Origin: Psammoneis japonica
Taxonomy: Eukaryota
DNA length: 20,000 nt
Reading direction: 5' to 3'
Assembly: GCA_008632985.1 (NCBI GenBank)
Contig: QPGO01000026.1
Location: 673,727-693,726 of the forward strand
The notes beneath the pieces are model-generated. The model was not told where the DNA came from. It did no database searches and saw nothing but the letters and a program-made list of their open reading frames with translations. Each line of letters opens with the position of its first letter. The stretch's first letter is position 1. Shown here one piece after another: positions 18,291 through 20,000 of this stretch. The translations under genes and the position numbers were made by a program.

Positions 18291-19952
18291 CTAATTGTTG
18301 TTTACCGAGAAAGCATACGCGGAACCAGAATGCTCGCCATTGACATCAGTCCGATGAGCACCAACTCCAATGACGCTTCCGTTGGCTGACAAGGAAACGG
18401 AATATCCAAAATTATCATCTTCAGCCTCACCATTCAAAGAATCTCCGACTTGATTCCATTTAGACATGGTGATGTCGTATTGAAAGATTCGAACTTGACC
18501 AACATCGTTCAGTCCATTGACGTCGTGCTGCCAACCACCGACAGCCACAACATTTCCATTTCCACTCAATGATACTGAGACACCAAATCCATCATTTGGC
18601 TGTTGCGTTAACAGAGTTTGGCCACGTTGATTCCATTTAGACGCCGAGCGGTCGTACGAATAAACCAAGACTCTCTCGTCACTTCCAGGTGCGCCCACGG
18701 CCATGGTCAAGCCGCTATCGTCAAGAGAAACAGAACGTCCAAATTGGCCATTAATAACCTGTCCATTGATTGGACTACCCAATGGATGCCATTCTGATGA
18801 TGTAGAATTGTATTCATATACAGACACTTTACCAGCATTGGCTTCAAATGCCCCAACTCCAACAATGGTTCCCAGGGCATTTATGGACACGGAACGTCCG
18901 AAATGGTCTTGACCAAATAGTGCCTGTCCGAGTTGCCTCCAGGAGGATGCGGCACGGTCGTATTGAAACAATTGAACTGATCCATAATTCTCGCCGTTTC
19001 CCAAGCTACTCGAATAAGCTCCCACTGCAAGAATGTCGCCCGCGTCCGACAGCGACACGGAAGAACCAAATCGATCATCAGCGTCTATTCCAAAAAAGGC
19101 ACCACCGAGTTGGACCCAACGATCTGATGCAGAGTCATATTCAAACACTCGAACGTGGCCAACATTTTCTCCGCCACTGTCATTCCATGATGGAGCTCCA
19201 ACCGCAAGAATTGTGCCATCTCCATTTAACGAAACAGACCTTCCAAAATCGTCACCGTCGGCTTGTCCAACCAGTTCTTGACCAATTTGTATCCACTGTT
19301 GGTCTACGTCATTCCGTACGAATTGATTCCTCGACTTTTTTGGGCTGTGTCGATTGACAACAACATAGCCGGGATCAGAAGAAGATTGCTCTGCTCCGAT
19401 AGCCATGACACTACCATGACGAGACAAGGACACCGAAGTGCCAAAATAATCTTTCGCAGCTTTGCCGTGCAATACTTGTCCAGCGGGCTTCCACGTCCCA
19501 TTTGAAATGGCAGATGCAGAAGCTTGGTCAACTGGGGAGATGGTGTTGGCTCTTGGTTGGAAATCGGAGTCATCGTTGATGTCGGGTTCGGTATGCGACC
19601 GTTCCATATGGGACCGTTTTCCCATGGCTTCACTCCTACAACAACACCAACAATCGTAGCAATGATTGTAGTCGCAACTCCTCCAACGACGATGCAACTT
19701 TTGCGACGTCTTCTTATCCCTGCCATTGTTCGAATCAGTTTGATCAACATGGGGTTCTGTATCATCAGAAACCCTAATGACAGGTTCCATAGCCGGGGCT
19801 GGGTGAAGAAGAATGTTCTCTTCTGGAAGTGAGCCGCTTCTTCGTCCGCCACTTGCTCTGGACAGAAGGCGTCTTCATCCGCCTCTGCTCTATACAGAAG
19901 GTGCCGATGCTTCATTGTCATCGCTCTGCTCGCCACCTTTATGCGTTTCCAT
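18291..19952 (-). CDS. FG-GAP (integrin-alpha-like) 7-bladed beta-propeller protein, probably type II membrane-anchored; 5' region disrupted
   Basis: Seven FGxSVS(L/I)xxxGxxxxxG(A/G) repeats in the 18291-19790 ORF. The TM helix CIVVGGVATTIIATIVGVVVGV plus a PT stalk lie in a different frame (about 19700-19530). The in-frame ATG at 19952 is followed by stops at 19892 and 19877. Confidence 0.8.
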
Positions 19953-20000
19953 ATCCTCCCTTACCAGAAAATAGTTAGGCTTAGACTCTTTAACCCTCTC

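Overview
Eukaryotic nuclear DNA, most likely from a pennate diatom (inferred from gene families, short GT-AG introns and composition; not verified), with one assembly gap at 5107-5110. Ordinary genes: a partial hypothetical gene, a membrane protein, an acidic Ser-rich protein, a secreted modular protein, a Crinkler-like PD-(D/E)XK nuclease gene, a myristoylated CDPK and a 7-bladed FG-GAP propeller protein. The striking feature is two sharply bounded domains (about 8471-11465 and 13861-16270) from which the dinucleotide TpA has almost vanished. By hand count they hold about 24 TpA in 5.4 kb, against 14 in the 240 bp just left of the first domain. They contain an LTR-element remnant, a Ty3/Gypsy pol, and part of a host DEAD-box helicase pseudogene that the ORF track does not reveal. 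In the two protein relics, conserved Tyr/Ile/Thr codons show systematic TA->TG and TA->CA changes (A->G on both strands), on top of ordinary CpG decay. Surviving TpAs are mostly YTAR and never RTAY. This looks like a repeat- or heterochromatin-targeted adenine hypermutation, the mirror image of fungal RIP. I know of no description of it but cannot confirm novelty without a literature search. All counts are manual and approximate, and consensus comparisons are from memory of the families.
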